Assembly (NCBI RefSeq): GCF_036321535.1
Contig: NC_087436.1
Location: 98,334,001-98,398,000, forward strand
Length of the DNA stretch: 64,000 bases
From: Camelus dromedarius
Taxonomy: Eukaryota
Direction of reading: 5' to 3'
The number at the start of each line of letters is the position of its first letter. The stretch's first letter is position 1. Positions 24,528-38,250 of this stretch are shown piece by piece. A program made the translations under genes and the position numbers. The notes below the pieces were generated by a model. It made no database searches and was not told the origin of the DNA. It saw nothing but the letters and a program-made list of their open reading frames with translations.

Positions 24528-25511
24528 TTTTTTCTTTTTTTATTGAAGTATAGTCAGTTTCTAGTGTTGTGTTAATTTCTGAGTACAGCATAATAGTTCA
24601 GTCATACATATACTTGTTTTCATACTCTTTTTCATTATAGGTTTCTACAAAATATTGAATATAGTTCCCTGTGTTATACATTATAAACTTGTTGTTTATC
24701 CATTTTATATATAGTAGTTAGTATCTGCAAATATCAAATCCCAATTTATCCCTTCCTACCTCCTTCCCCTTCCAGTAACCATAAGTTTGTTTTCTATGCC
24801 TGTTGAATCTGTTTCTGTTTTGTAAATAAGTTCATTTGTCTTTTTTTTTAATTCCACATATAAGTGATATCATATGGTATTTTTCTTTCTCTTTCTGGCT
24901 TACTTCATTTAGAATGACAGTCTCCAGGTCCATCTATGTTGCTGTAAATGAAATTATTTTAATGTTTTTTTATGGCTGAGTAGTAGCGCAATGTATAAAT
25001 ATACTACAACTTCTTTATCCAGTCATCTGTTGATGAACATTTAGGTTGTTTCCATATCTTGGCTGTTGTAAATAGTGCTACTGTGAACATTGGGGTGCAT
25101 GTGTCTTTTCAAATTAAAGTTTATTCTGGATATATATCCAGGAGTGGGGTTGTTGGATCATATGCTAAGTCTGTTTTTAGTCTTTTGTAATATGTCCATC
25201 CTGTTTTCCATAACAACTGCACCAAACTACATTCCCAACAACAGTGAAGGAGGGTTTACTTTTCTCCACAGCCTCTCCAGCATTTGTGATTTGTGGACTT
25301 TTGAATGATGGCCATTCTGACTGGTGTGGGGTGATACCTCATTGTAGTTTTGATTTGCATTTCCCTGATAATTAGCGATATTGAGCATTTTTTCATGTGC
25401 CTGTTGACCATTTGTATGTCTTCATTGGAGAATTGCTTGTTTAGGTCTTCTGCCCATTTTTGGATTTTTTTTTTTATTATTAAGTTGTATGAGCTGTTTA
25501 TATATTCTGAA
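24528..25511 (-). mobile_element. 5'-truncated L1 (ORF2 end plus 3'UTR)
   Basis: T tail then tattgaagtatagtcagttt; colinear with the L1 at 12.3-13.1 kb (ttccacatataagtgata, gatggccattctga, gagctgtttatatatt). Confidence 0.95.
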
Positions 25512-26039
25512 AAACTCTTATTTGTACTCTTTTAAAGCTCATGCTTGAAAAAGAAAAAAATTAATAGTAAATAAGAGAAAAATACACGACTAGTTTTCAC
25601 ACAATAAAACAGTTGTGTAACTTTAGTCTCTGTTACACTTGCCTAGGTCTCTCTACCTTAGTTTTAAATTTAAAATGTTTACTGACATCAAATAACCTCA
25701 TGGTACTTAGGGGAAGAGTATCATACCAGAGGATTCATATGCTATTGACCATCGGGATTATAGATTGGCCAAACATGGGTATAGTGCTTACCTGCAATTT
25801 GATCAACTGTGGCTGAGATAGGGGATTCCTGTGTTACCTATATGCAAGCTAAATTCAAGGAATTCCTTATCAGGACATAGTGGAAGAAAAAGACATTCTG
25901 ATATCTGGCCTGAAAACTAAAATATTGAATTCAAGTCCATATAGGAATGTCTAGAGGTTACTGAGGAGGATCCAATATTGGCCTTTTTCTTTGAAAGACT
26001 GCATCTTGTATTAAAAGTAAACTTATTGTATGGAGAAAG

Positions 26040-26250
26040 AGAATTGAGTTTGGTTTAAAGACAATAAGGCAGGCGAGAGATGTGTAATTTAACTCTAGCC
26101 TTGGTCAAGTTGTCTAAACACTCTAATCTTACTTCCCCATCTTATAAATAGGAGTAATAGTAGTAAATATTTTTTAAGGTTGTTGTGAAAATTAAAGTAA
26201 TTCATACAAAAACTTAGCCTATAGTAAATGCTTTATGTTATTTTTATTGC
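26040..26250 (+). mobile_element. MIR remnant
   Basis: ccttggtcaagttgtctaaacactc...ttccccatcttataaataggagtaatagtag. Confidence 0.6.
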
Positions 26251-29200
26251 CTAATAAAGTGGGTTTTTAAAATAATAATTTCTCATTCAGTTATACCTAA
26301 TTACCTAACACCATAAATTAGAATTTAATAATAAAAATAATGAAAAGAGACAGACTACAAATCAAAATGTACACAAAAATATTTTCAGGTAATAAAATGG
26401 TATATATTTTTAAATTTAGATCTGTAAAAAAAAAAAAAACCCTAATGTTCTGCTTGACAGCTGAAAATATATTGAAGGTAATTACATATTTAATGAACTT
26501 TGTAATTTTTAAAAATAATGTCAAGTCAGGACATTACAGTGATATTATATATTTCTCTGTACACACATATGGTATACATAATGCAGTATATTCAGCTCTG
26601 GGCATTACAATATATGTTAAAAGCAGTATGCAAACTAGGGTACTTAAGAGGAAAGTAACCAGAATTATCAAGAAATCTATCAAATAATCATCATCTTAAA
26701 GAATTAAGTCTGTTTAAACTCATGCAAGTTAACATAAATATTTTACATTCTAGAACCAATGAGTAAAATTGCAGTGACTTAGACTCAAAGTGAAACAAAA
26801 CTTTCTCAGAACTTGAGTTACCAGTGATGACTGTAACGCCCCACATTGAACTCCTAGTCACTCAGTTTTCAATAGATAGGTAAACCATCTGTTAGCTGAT
26901 TCCATGTTTATGAAAGAATTGGATAACAGTAAAACAAGGTTAAACTTGTTCCTCAAATGTAGGGCAATAGTTTCTTGAAGCACCTGTACTAAAAAGGAAC
27001 AGCCAGTTAGTAGGCAAATGAATGCCTCACTTACTGAACTTTCTGCCCTCACTGTTAGAGTTAGAATTCATGTTACCACTCTCATGCATATGAATTCCCT
27101 CTTGCCAGTCTTTAACAGACAGCATGGAAATACTTCTGCAAGTTTTAGTCTAGTTTGCCAATGTCATTCCCAATAGACTCGCTTATTCTGAATGTAATAG
27201 CTAGCATTTTAATCAATGAGGAGTGTCTTTCACTCTATTCATTGATATGGCAAATGTGTCTGCTTGTAACTCTTATCCAGTGAAACATCAGCAGTTAAAA
27301 ATGAGGAAAAAATATTAATTAAATGGCCTTGCAGCTCCATATGGACACCCTCACTATCTGATACGTGCGAGAACAAGATTAGATAGCTAGCCTTGTTCTT
27401 TCTGTTTCCACACTACCAACGATTCTTAGGCAGTAGAGGAGACTACAACGCAATTAATCAAACATGTGGTAGAAAGTTTAATGTTGGTGATTGGGGAAAA
27501 CTTTGTGGGCAACTGCAGAATTAAGATTGACTTGATAAAGGTCAATACTAGAAGAAGAACAATAGAATTTGATGAGATGCAGGAGGAAAATAATGGTCAA
27601 TAGGGCAAGCTGACATGCCTAATGAGATAATGTACCTGGATGGGGAGAGACAGACTATTTGGATAAACTGCTATTTTTCAGTACCTATGATGGAGGTTTA
27701 AAATGTAATTTGGTCATTGAAACAGTTGAGAACATTAGGTCATTGTTCAGAGATCAGAAATCTTACTCAGAATCTGACCCTCTTCCTTATTTGTATGTTT
27801 GCTTTGGGAAATATTAAAGACTATTAGTAATAATTTTCTTATCCATCAAACACTTAGAATTGTATCTGCTTTACTTTTCTCTCAGGTTTTGGTGACAGTT
27901 AAAGATAATTAAGCATTTTGATAATAGGTAAAAGAAATTGGTAATTAATATGTGAACATATATGTATTGTGAAATCCATGGTAAATTTAATTTGAACCAT
28001 GAATCATTTTCCCCAGAGAATGTAAGAAGCCCATGCACATATTATTTAACACATGACTTTAACAAGAGTGTGGATTATCTGACACCTATTTTGAAAATTC
28101 TGTGGGTCCATAAAGACCAACTTAAGCAGTCCCATAAAATCTGTAGTCTGTATATCAGGAAATCCTTTTTTCTTTTATCCCCCTTCCGAACCATTGTTCT
28201 GTGTGCGTGGAGAACAATTTCTTGATTAGAAAAATCTATTTTAGTATCTTACTGGCTGAAAATATCCAAAGTTTTCATGTTGAGGAAAGCTATCTACTTG
28301 TTGGCTCTTCTCTCAAGGTAGATACCTGTGATTCAAAGACCAAACTTCTCATTGAAAAAGAAATGAGTAAGTCAGAAGCTATTCAGGGGAAAAAGATTTT
28401 TGGTCATTCTTAACACACAGTGTATTGTACACAAAAAAGTGACTTGAGATTGGGGGGACACAGAAGTTCATCTTAAAGAAATATAGTCATCCACCAATGC
28501 AGTTAAAACTGTCACACCCATTTTTGCAAAAATACAAAAAGTTTGGAGAATATGTTTACACAGTTTTGAGTAGCTGTGGGGCGTGGGGACACTTCAATGG
28601 CATCAGACTTCCTAGCTGAAAACTGAGAAACTCGTGCTTGTCTGAAAGGACTTCCAAACAAATTATAACACATGGGATATGGAAAAACACAGCAATTTTA
28701 AGATAGACATCCATTATGATCTTACATCTATCTTCCAGTGTTTTCTAAAGTTTCTTGGCCATCTGTTTTTAGGGAGGAAACTGAAGCTTAGAAAATTTGA
28801 GTTATTCATTCAAGGTCACCCATTTTTCCTGAGCAAAGAGGTAATTAGAGTCAAAATGTTTTTATCAGATCTTCCAAAACAAAATCACACAGGATGTCTG
28901 TAGATGTATAGCCAATACCAACTAGAGATTTACAGTGAACTGCTGTGAAACAATAATAGCATTTTAGTAGATTCAAGACAAATCTTTGACAAACATCAAC
29001 ATTCCCTCCCTCTCCCATTAGTAATGGCCATCAGAGTCCAGAACTGCTCTAACAGACCTAGCGTTCTGAGAGAGGAGAAAAAAATTATTTTTCCCTGATG
29101 TCAATGAAAAATAATACAATAAGATAACCAATTAATAGAAAACTAAATTTTTTTCCTTTTGAACGTATTTGTTTTAAACAAAAAAGACATGTAGCTTTCA

Positions 29201-29329
29201 TCATTACAATTTTTTTCTATTAATAAAATATCCCTTTAAGTATATGACCAAAACAAAATAGTAACTGGCCAGTCTTGGAAACACACTTAGGTATTTCAGA
29301 GAGTTTCCTTTAACTTCTGTTATGTTGAA

Positions 29330-29650
29330 AACTTTCAGAAACTATTTTTAGAGATCAAATGGAAACCACTTTGAAAAGCTCAGCTTGATTAAGAACAGAC
29401 AACACACATTTAGGGAATAAAAGGAATCACTCACTACTTTTGTAAAATTCTTCAGGGACTTCACCCCAGGTAGATAAATGCGGGAAGGGAGTTAAAGAGG
29501 ATTTTAAACTTAGATGTTTGGAAAGCCTTTGACAAAATTCTTTACAGCACTATAAGATCAGTGGAAAGTATCAATGAAACTAATAGTAAATTGGCCAACT
29601 GTTCTGAACAATGATTTATGGAAAGGAAACTAAGGTACTAGAAATAGGGT
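29330..29650 (+). mobile_element. CR1/L3 LINE reverse-transcriptase remnant
   Basis: 29510-29539 translates LDVWKAFDKI, compared with the CR1 RT motif YLDFSKAFDKV. Confidence 0.6.
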
Positions 29651-30094
29651 TTTGTGGTACAAGCCAATTTTAAATATTCTGCTTCTTCATAGATCAGAAA
29701 CAAATCTCCAACTTTCTAAAAAACAATTTTAAGTAGAATTTTGTTTAAGATATTCTATTAAGCATTTTCTTTGTAATAAATGAAATAAGATTGAAGTTTA
29801 TTGTAACACTTAGCAGATGACAAATAGAATGTGACCAATGATAAATATGTGTGTTCAGATTCGGGATTCTTTGTTTTTAAATGGTAGTGGATTTTAGGAA
29901 AACATCTTAAGAATATATTGAAACACACATAGACAATATTAAATGGGTACTAAGAAACGGTTACTTGAACCACCATGCTTAGTATTATCACAAGAATTTT
30001 ATTGTATATTTTATCTTAATTTCTGTATGGATATATGAATACAGTAGTCTGTCTTTTAAGACACAAAGTTGTTTAATTTAACAATAATTAGAAG

Positions 30095-30196
30095 TCATGG
30101 GGATTCTGTCTGTCTGGTTTAATAGTTTTATTCCAACAAATATAACAGTGCTTGGCACAGTAAGTCCTCAATAAATCTTTGCAAATATATGAATGT
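30095..30196 (+). mobile_element. L2 3' end
   Basis: aacagtgcttggcacagtaagtcctcaataaatctttgcaaatatatgaatg. Confidence 0.65.
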
Positions 30197-30504
30197 GTGC
30201 CCAGACAAAAGTGAGTGGAGTGGTTCTAAAACTGGAACTGATCATTGAAATATCAACGCTTTGTGCTAGATTCTCTCCGAGAAGATTGGCTTCACCCTTT
30301 AACTTCTCCTTATTTCATAATACATAACTATTTTTAAAAAGAAGATTTAGTTTGGCAAGATAAAGGACACATACTCAAAATTAAACAATAATCCTAATAA
30401 TAAAACTTTCATAGTTCTAAGCCCTGTTTTACAGGAAAGGAGGAGAGTGCTCACTAGCTAGGAACCCCAGTTCCTTGATACATCCAAATGACAGGCTTCC
30501 TTTC

Positions 30505-30527
30505 TTTTTTTTTTTTTTTTTTTTTTT
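30505..30527. repeat. poly(T)23
   Basis: Read directly. Confidence 0.95.
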
Positions 30528-30959
30528 AATACTTGAGTAAATCCAAAATCCCTTCCAAGATTTATTTTTTAATCAGCAATGGAAGGAACACCTCAGGATT
30601 CTCCGCTAGGGAAGATGAAACATGGTGTCACTCAGCAGGGTACAGGAAGGTAAAGCTTCATGTCATAAATAAGAAAACATAAAATGGCTATTTGAAGGGA
30701 TGCCAATAAAACATGTTTGAAAAGGGTCACAGCCATGTGTCCGGTCTGTCACTGAGAATCTATAAAAGGATTGTAGTCTTTGTCCAAGACAGTACATACT
30801 AAAGCTCTAGAAAGGAGGTCCAGTATTTGGCCAGCAAGTAAACCATTTAGCATTTCTTTTATTTTGTGAGATTTTTTTCTAATGTTCCATATTTAGTAGT
30901 GAGAATATGATTGTTAAACTTATGATAAAATGATGAGAGTTTACATTCGATATATTTGG

Positions 30960-31140
30960 CTCTGAAAATATACCAGACATTGTACACAGCACTTCACATG
31001 CCTCACCTCATTGCTCTCCCCCAAATTCTGTACACATTCAACAGACAAGGAAACTGAGCTAGTAAGGTTTTGGAAGTGGGACTTATTTTCAACTCCTTTC
31101 TAACTGTAAGCTCATATTTTTAGCCTCTGTGCTAAAGTGC
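30960..31140 (-). mobile_element. MIR remnant
   Basis: cagcacttcacatgcctcacctcatt and acagacaaggaaactgagct. Confidence 0.6.
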
Positions 31141-32109
31141 CTTGACATTTCTTCTTCAGAAATGAGGGGAAATTAGCACAAATAACATAACCAGCTATAT
31201 CTGAACTGGTGTAAACTATATATTTTTATTAACTCTTGAAAGATCTTAATAAAGGATAATATTGTCTCCATATAGTTAATAGCTTTTAAATACCTTCAAG
31301 CTGCCAGGGACACCATGGAGGGATTCAGCTGAATCAGGGAATCAAGATGAACTTGTCATGTCCCTACAAACTTAAAACTACTTTAACAATAGGGCATGAT
31401 AATGACATCGTATGTTATAATCTTTTAAAAAATGAACCTCATAATCCAATGTTAATTATATTTGTTTCAGACTGAGAGTATACATTGCTGCTTTCCATTC
31501 TCTTTCTATTTGTCATTCATTGTTCTTTTTGATACTATTACTACCTCTGCTAAATATCTCTTTTTTTCCATTTCTTTTTCTTTCCCATAAAGTTTAACAC
31601 AAGTAGAAGCACATTAATTTAGACATATCCTATTCACTTTAAAATCACTTCTCTCACTGTCCAAGATAATGATAGAAATGTAGTACCCTCACCTAGAAGG
31701 GGCTTATTTTCTCTATCTACCCCCAGGACTTAAAGGTACTAGGGAGGAAGAGAGAAGGTATCAGAACCAGCTTCAGAAAAAAAAACGTAACTGGAAAATG
31801 CATCTGCTAAGATTTTCCTTTATCATAAGGTTTATCTACTCAGGCATTCTGTCCACCCCAATTAAAATCAGGTAGTCAACTAGAATATTTATTCATTTAT
31901 CAGTTATTTCATTCATTTTCTAAAATTTAAATTGTGTTATTTAAGAGGTTACTTATTCTCTACACTATACTATGTGCTAGATATACAATGATAGACAAAA
32001 AGACTTTCATTTCTTAGTATTTCTGTATGCTTTCAGTTACTAGCAGGACTCAAGCAGGGAAGATGAACTGATGTTTGCTGATGTTCATGGTAGCATCTCT
32101 CAAAAAGTC

Positions 32110-32340
32110 ATGGTGTGTAGTTAAAAAAACATAGTGAATGCGCAATGATTTGGCCTTGTCTTATGGCCATATCATTACTAACCATATGGCCTGTAGAGAA
32201 ATTTCTAGCTTTTCCAACCTTCAATTTTCCTGCCTGCAAAACAGATGTAATGGTTACACTATTGAGATGTTGTTAGAAATCAAAAAAAAAATGCATATCA
32301 AAAGTTTTACACTAATAATACACAAAAGACTGTCAATACA
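32110..32340 (+). mobile_element. MIR SINE
   Basis: catggtgtgtagttaaa and ccttcaattttcctgcctgcaaaacagatgtaat. Confidence 0.6.
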
Positions 32341-35140
32341 TGTATTCATTCACTCGCTCATTCACTTATTTAACAAATATCCATTAAAGGCCTACATAAG
32401 TTCAAGGTACTATGCTGGCTCTGGAGATTAAACAAAAGAGTTAAATGTCAAGTGGTATCTGCCCTCTTGGACTCACAGTCTCATTTAGGAAACAAAGGTT
32501 CAATATATAATTACATGATAAATCATTTAATTTAGATTGTGATAAATGCTAGTGGTTACCTAATGTGGTTTGTAACTTAGGAGATTAGGAGACTATGGGT
32601 TAAAGGTATGAATCAGAGAAGGTTTCCTTGAGCAAATAGTAGTTAATCAGCAATTAGAAGGACACGAAATACAGAGTTATGGGCGATAAACTGAGTGAGG
32701 AGAGACTCGATGGAGGATCCACTTGGCTTTTTGGTGTATTAGTTTTCAATTGCTGCTGTGACAAATTACCACAAACTTAGTGGCTTAAAACAACACAAAT
32801 GTATGGTATATCTGTTGATAGAAACCTGACTCATCTCTCACTGGGCTAAAATCAAGGTGTCAGCATTCCTTTCTGGGGGCTCTAGGATAGAATCCCTTTC
32901 CTCGTCTTTTCCACCTTCCAGAGGCTGCCTGTTTTCCTTGACTTTTATCCCTTTTTCCCCTTCTTCAAACCCAGCAATATCAGACCTAGTCTTTCTTATA
33001 TTCTCACTGCTCTGATTCTCCCTTCTGATTACCCTTCCCACTTCTAAGGACACTTGTGATCATATTGGGTTTACTTGTATAATACAGAATAATTTTAAGA
33101 TCCATCTGATTAGCACTCTTAATTTCATCTGCCACTTTAATTTTCCTTTCCCTTGAAAGATAACCTATTCACAGATTCTGTAGATTTGGATGTGGACACC
33201 ATTAAGGGGACATTATTCTTACACTTCAAAAAATATTTCTGACTATAGTCTGAGTAGATTGGCAAGAAACCAGCATGAGCATGTACTAATTATGAGGCTT
33301 TTACACTGGTACACAAAAGATGATGGTAGACTGGTTTGAAAGAAAATTAGACTTAAGTTAGACTTAAGATACGTTTAAGAAAAAGAATCAGAAAATTTTG
33401 GTAATTTATTTTTTGGAGGTGAATGTTGACAGACAAAGAAGTGTTGAGTCAGAATCCCAGACCTCTGGCTTTAGCGGATGGATGGGGGAAAGTTTTATCA
33501 CTGAAATACTGACCGCTGGAAATGAACCACACTTTGAAGAAGAGATAATAAATTCAAACATGCATAGATTGAGTTTGACATATCAGTTAGACCAAATGAG
33601 AATGTCATTTGGCAATGGGATATGCAGGTCTGAAATCAGGGTTATCACTCAGAAATTGTCAACCTAATGATACCAAATGAAAGCACAGAAGTCAGTATGG
33701 TCCCTTACAAAGGAGGTAACAAGTTGGGAGTAGAGAAAGCATAGACCCCTAAATAGCTATCAGACACTTAAAGCATGAGCAGAGGAATGTGAGGTGTGAA
33801 AAACTAATAGCAGGCTACAGAATTATAGGATGGAACCAGGAAATGGAGATTTTTTTTTAAGAGAGAAGACAAGTGTAAGGTAAAAACTCAGATAATTCCC
33901 TAGAAAAGATACTCCTTCCGGTAAATTCTGCTAAACACTTCCTGTGAGCCAAAAATTGTGCCAAATACTACTTACAAAAAGATGAAAAGGGCATTAAAGC
34001 TTTATTTTATTAACTCACAGGCTAGTGGGAGGAATTTATTGAAATGGTTAGTTTCAACATAGAGTGACAAGTAAGGTCAAGCTGTGCACTAAAATGTCAT
34101 GAGAGTGCAGAACAGGAGATATATTGCCCAGCCTAAAATGGGTTGCCAACATTACTTTTGAAATTCAATATAATGTAGTTCAGATTTTAAAAAAAAGTTT
34201 CTAGACAAAAGGATCAGCATGACTAAATGTATAAAGGAACTGTAACTGATTAAAATTGCCAGAAACTAGATTTCCATGTAGACAGAAGTAGAGAATAAGT
34301 TTCCACACTTAGGTCATGATATGGAGGACTTTATTCTCAAGCTAAGGAGCTTAAAGTTCATCCTACATGATGGAGAATGATTGACAGATTTGAACAGTTG
34401 ATGTGAAATGGATTAATCTAGCTGCAATGTGCAGATGGCTTTCAGAAGGCCCTTCATAGTAAGAATACACAGGAGGTTCTTGGCATGATCATGACATAGT
34501 AATAGGGGAGCCTCAAAGAAAAAAGCAGAATTTAGAAACTTTTACAAGGTGAAAATCAGTAGAATGTGATTAATTGCATTTGGAAAGAGGGCAAGGAACA
34601 GTTTAATATGAGCCTCAATTTTCTGAGTTGGGCAACAAGGTAGAAGATAGATTAAATGGAGAGAAAATAAAAGAAGAAATCAAGGTTATTATGGAGTGAA
34701 AAATGAGACCAGTTATAGAAATGTTGACTTTGGCATCCCTATGGAAAGACAAGTTTAAGTGATGTTCAGTAGACACGTGGACAACAGAGTTTCAAGGGAG
34801 AGAACGGTTTGTGACAGGAATCAATGAGATCACACAGAGAAAATATGTAGCAGGGTAATCATAATGGGTTGAGTATGGAAACCCTGATGAACACCAGTGT
34901 TCAAATAACTGTTGGAGAAAGATGTGGGCAAAGGAGGAAAGGAGCAAATGATCCGTGAAAAGGAGGGGAGTCAGTAAGAAATGGTGTGAAAAAGGTGGAC
35001 TAATAGAGTTTCAGAAGAGAGAGAGATTAGCAGTTTTTGCAGTGATGTAAGGGGAAAAGACACATAAGGGGTACAAATTCTGAAGCATACTATTTCAGTC
35101 GTCCCTCTGAGAACCTGAATAGAAAAACGATTCGTGTTAA
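32341..35140 (-). mobile_element. cluster of L2 fragments (interrupted by an MLT1 LTR)
   Basis: L2 3' end cattcactcgctcattcacttatttaacaaatat; purine-rich antisense L2 body to about 35.1 kb; probably more than one copy. Confidence 0.65.
32735..33223 (-). mobile_element. MLT1C/D-type MaLR solo LTR
   Basis: tgtattagttttcaattgctgctgtgacaaattaccacaaacttagtggcttaaaacaacacaaat, ctcactgggctaaaatcaaggtgtcagca, end ggatgtggacacc...ggggacattattct. Confidence 0.9.
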
Positions 35141-35150
35141 ATTGACTGTT

Positions 35151-35221
35151 AAAATAAAAAACAAAAACAAAAAACAAACAAAAAAAGCACACACACACTC
35201 ACACACACACACACACACACA
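35151..35221. repeat. compound A-rich/(AAAAAC)n plus interrupted (CA)n microsatellite
   Basis: Read directly. Confidence 0.9.
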
Positions 35222-35329
35222 AACTCCTGGAACCTGATGTTTTTGAACTAGTAAGTGTTTCAATTACAATAAACAAGCATGCAAGTTTTCCAGAGAAGAG
35301 CAGCGAGTATACAGGTTTTGCCAACATTG

Positions 35330-35990
35330 TATAAGAAAAAAGGACAGGGCCCCAGAGAACTGATCAAGTGTTTGCAGGGAGCAGGGAAGTAGATGAGGCA
35401 GAGGCAGTGGAAGTCTTTTACCTAGATCTCAGCAAGGCATTTGATAAATTATATGAGATGCAACTAAGGGAAAATCGAGGATTTTGAATCAAGGCTATAA
35501 TAACAAGCTAGGAACGAAGATGAGTGGGTACAGAGATTTACAGTAAGAGCTGCTAAGTTATGTTTGAGGGAGAGAAGCAGCAGGATTCCTTTGAGCTCAG
35601 TGCTATTATGCTTTTCATTTAATAGCCATAAAACAATTGTCAGAGAAGAACCACAATCAATGTTGGCACTGATCTGACCCCTTGTTGGCAGCATCAGCGC
35701 TGTGATTGATTGTCTAAATTAATTCCAATTAGACTGTGTTTCTGTGTACTAGTTCATCTTACATTATCATAGTGTGCGTCTTATTTTAGATACCATTATA
35801 GATCTATAAAGTAACTTAGACAATAGCTGTTCTCATTTGATATAGAATAAGAATAATGATGTGCTTACAAAGATTATAAGAGATGCATTTGATGAGGGGG
35901 GTGCCATGTCCTGGGAGTTTGTTTCTGGAGAAAGTAAAGGGTTTCAACTTGAAAGACTGTTGCTCAGAAAAGAATAAGATAGAAACAGTG
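35330..35990 (+). mobile_element. CR1/L3 LINE reverse-transcriptase remnant
   Basis: 35389-35451 translates VDEAEAVEVFYLDLSKAFDKL, a clear CR1 RT motif; downstream extent is approximate. Confidence 0.75.
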
Positions 35991-36399
35991 GGGATGGTCT
36001 AAATATCCTTATCCAATGAGTCTAAACTGCAAAGGACAATGTGAGTAAAAAGCCAAAAGGTTAGAAACCAGAAAACGACAGGAAGTAAATTAGAGAATTT
36101 CCATGAGTGTCAGTAAATTTCTAAACACAGATATTTGTGTTCTAAGATTGCTGTCCTTTCTAGGACTATACTTTCATTTCCTGGGTTTGCATCTTAAAAT
36201 ATTTTAAAAATTATTATGGTATTTTAACTTTAAAAATACACTTTTTTCAAATGGTGTGAGTCAAACAGTATAAGTTATCCCTCAAAGCTTCTGCCCTCAT
36301 CTTCTATAAATCTATAAATGGCATTACATAACCCAGCTGATAAATACATCTTAGATATGCCCTCGTTTTGTATTTTCTGTAACCCAATCCAGTAACTCC

Positions 36400-37095
36400 A
36401 CTCATGCATTTTTATTCATTCATTAGAAAGCGTACTTTATAGTAGGGGCTATCCTAAATCTTGAGAATTCAGCAATGAAAACATAAATCTCTGTAGTCAT
36501 ACATTTATATTCCAGTGGAAAAAAGGAAACATACAAACAGACACATAAATACCTAAAATATGGCTGGTGCTAATAAGAATGATGAAAAAAAGGTTTTAAA
36601 AAGTGATAAAAGGTTATTGTTGATTGAGTGGGATGTGATTTTGACAGTGGTTCTTACCACTGTCAACAGGTAAGGCCCATTTGCTGAGGCAGTACTTGAA
36701 CAGGACCTATTTGTGGTGAGAGAGTAAGTCACAGGGATACCTGAGGGAAGATCTTTCCAGACAGACATGAGGGTGCAGAGGCTTGAGGCAAGAGTGTGCC
36801 TCACCGGCCAGAGGAAAATGAAGGAGGCCACTGGGGCTGGAGGGACACCAGGGTGGGAAGTGGGGGCAGAGAGATGCTGGTGGTGGGGTGGGCACAGGGC
36901 TCATTCGTTGAAGGTGTGGGAAGAGGTAATGACTGGATTTCACTGTGAGTGAGAAAGGAAGCCATTGAATGATTTTGAGCAGAAAAGTGATATGATTTGA
37001 ATTACGGTTTTAAAGAGCATTCTCAGGCTCCTCTCTGACAAACTCTAGATGGGGAAGAAAGGAAGTAGGGAGCCCAGTTTTGGCCTCCTCTGTAA
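36400..37095 (-). mobile_element. L2 (3' part)
   Basis: ttattcattcatt end, gcagaggcttgaggcaagagtgtgcc, ggaagccattgaatgattttgagcag. Confidence 0.75.
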
Positions 37096-37699
37096 TAGTT
37101 TTTAATATCTTTTCATCAATTTTACATTCAATTCCACTCCTATTCTCACTTCTTATCAAAATCTCCACACCTACCACCTTGGCTAAAGTAACCATTATCG
37201 TCTCCCCTGAAATAAAAACCAAATACCTTTCCAGTTAGATATAAAGGGATATGGTTCCTCTGTTGTCTTTATGCATGTATGTTTGTGCATACGCATGTAG
37301 GGAGGTAGCTGGGAAACACAAATTTTCCTTAACCCCAGCCACCTATGCTGGGATTCCCTGCAGGATGATGTGAGGATATGGTGTCACCTGTGTATGTCCA
37401 TAGGGTTTGCACCACAGGAGAGGAGTCCCAAAATTACAAAACCAGAAGCTGACACATCCATCCCTCCACCTGTCCAGAGAGAGGAAGAGATACTTTGCAC
37501 TTGTAAACAAAGCTACTCTGGACAGAGAGTGAAACATCGCTCCATGAAAAGTACACATATGACTCGTGAGAGGGAAAACTTAACATCATTTTGGAGACCT
37601 CTGTCTTTAGGGCTGTTGTTCTGTCATACTTTAACCCAGATATCAGCGCTCTTTGCTCAGAAAGCCCTGGCCATACAGACTTGTGATAATATTCATAGA

Positions 37700-38250
37700 G
37701 CTGTGTTTCCTGCCTACGTCTCTGACCGCCTGCCTTTACCATGTTCCAGCCACAGCTGCTGTCCAGCCCCTCGTATCTGAGGGCCTTTGCCGTTGCTGCC
37801 CACTGCTGGGACGCTCTTTCCCCCACCTTCAGGTGGCTTTCTCCCCAGTCTCTCTCAGTTCTCAGCCCAAAGTCAGCCCTTCAGAGAAGCCATCACTGCT
37901 TGCCCCATCTTAAGTTCTTTCACAGACTCCACAAACTTTCCAAGCCTGCTGTATTTTATCACTACCTGAAGTTGTACACTTTTAAAATCATTTCTTTTTG
38001 GGGGGAGGGGGTACTTAAGTTTGTTTATTTACTTATTTATTTGCTTATTTATCTGTTTCTCAATGGCAGTACTGGGGATTGAACCAGGACCTTGTGTAAG
38101 CTAAGCACACACTCTACCCTCCCGCCACTGTACATTTTTGTTTACTTTATTGTTTGCCAACTCTAACCACGTTAAGTTCCACCGTAAAACAATTTTAGTG
38201 TCCTAGTCATATTTATGTCCCCATCATTTAGAAATATTAACTGTTACAAT
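37700..38250 (+). mobile_element. L2 fragment (host of a SINE)
   Basis: gagggcctttgccgttgctgcccactgctgggacgctctttccc and tctcagcccaaagtcagcccttcagagaagcc. Confidence 0.6.
37983..38128 (-). mobile_element. vic-1-type SINE with deleted A box
   Basis: gtactggggattgaaccaggaccttgtgtaagctaagcacacactctaccctccc; TSD tgtacacttt (37973-37982) / tgtacatttt (38129-38138). Confidence 0.85.

Noticed and set aside
27886..27927. 42-nt exon candidate with a strong acceptor (ttttctctcag) and a gtaaaa donor
   Set aside because: Stop codons in all three frames and a weak donor; no support as a coding exon.
36832..36900. G-quadruplex-like G runs
   Set aside because: Within purine-rich antisense L2; common and uninformative.
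37343..38082. cluster of overlapping ORFs on both strands
   Set aside because: Explained by locally higher GC and L2/SINE sequence; no recognisable protein.
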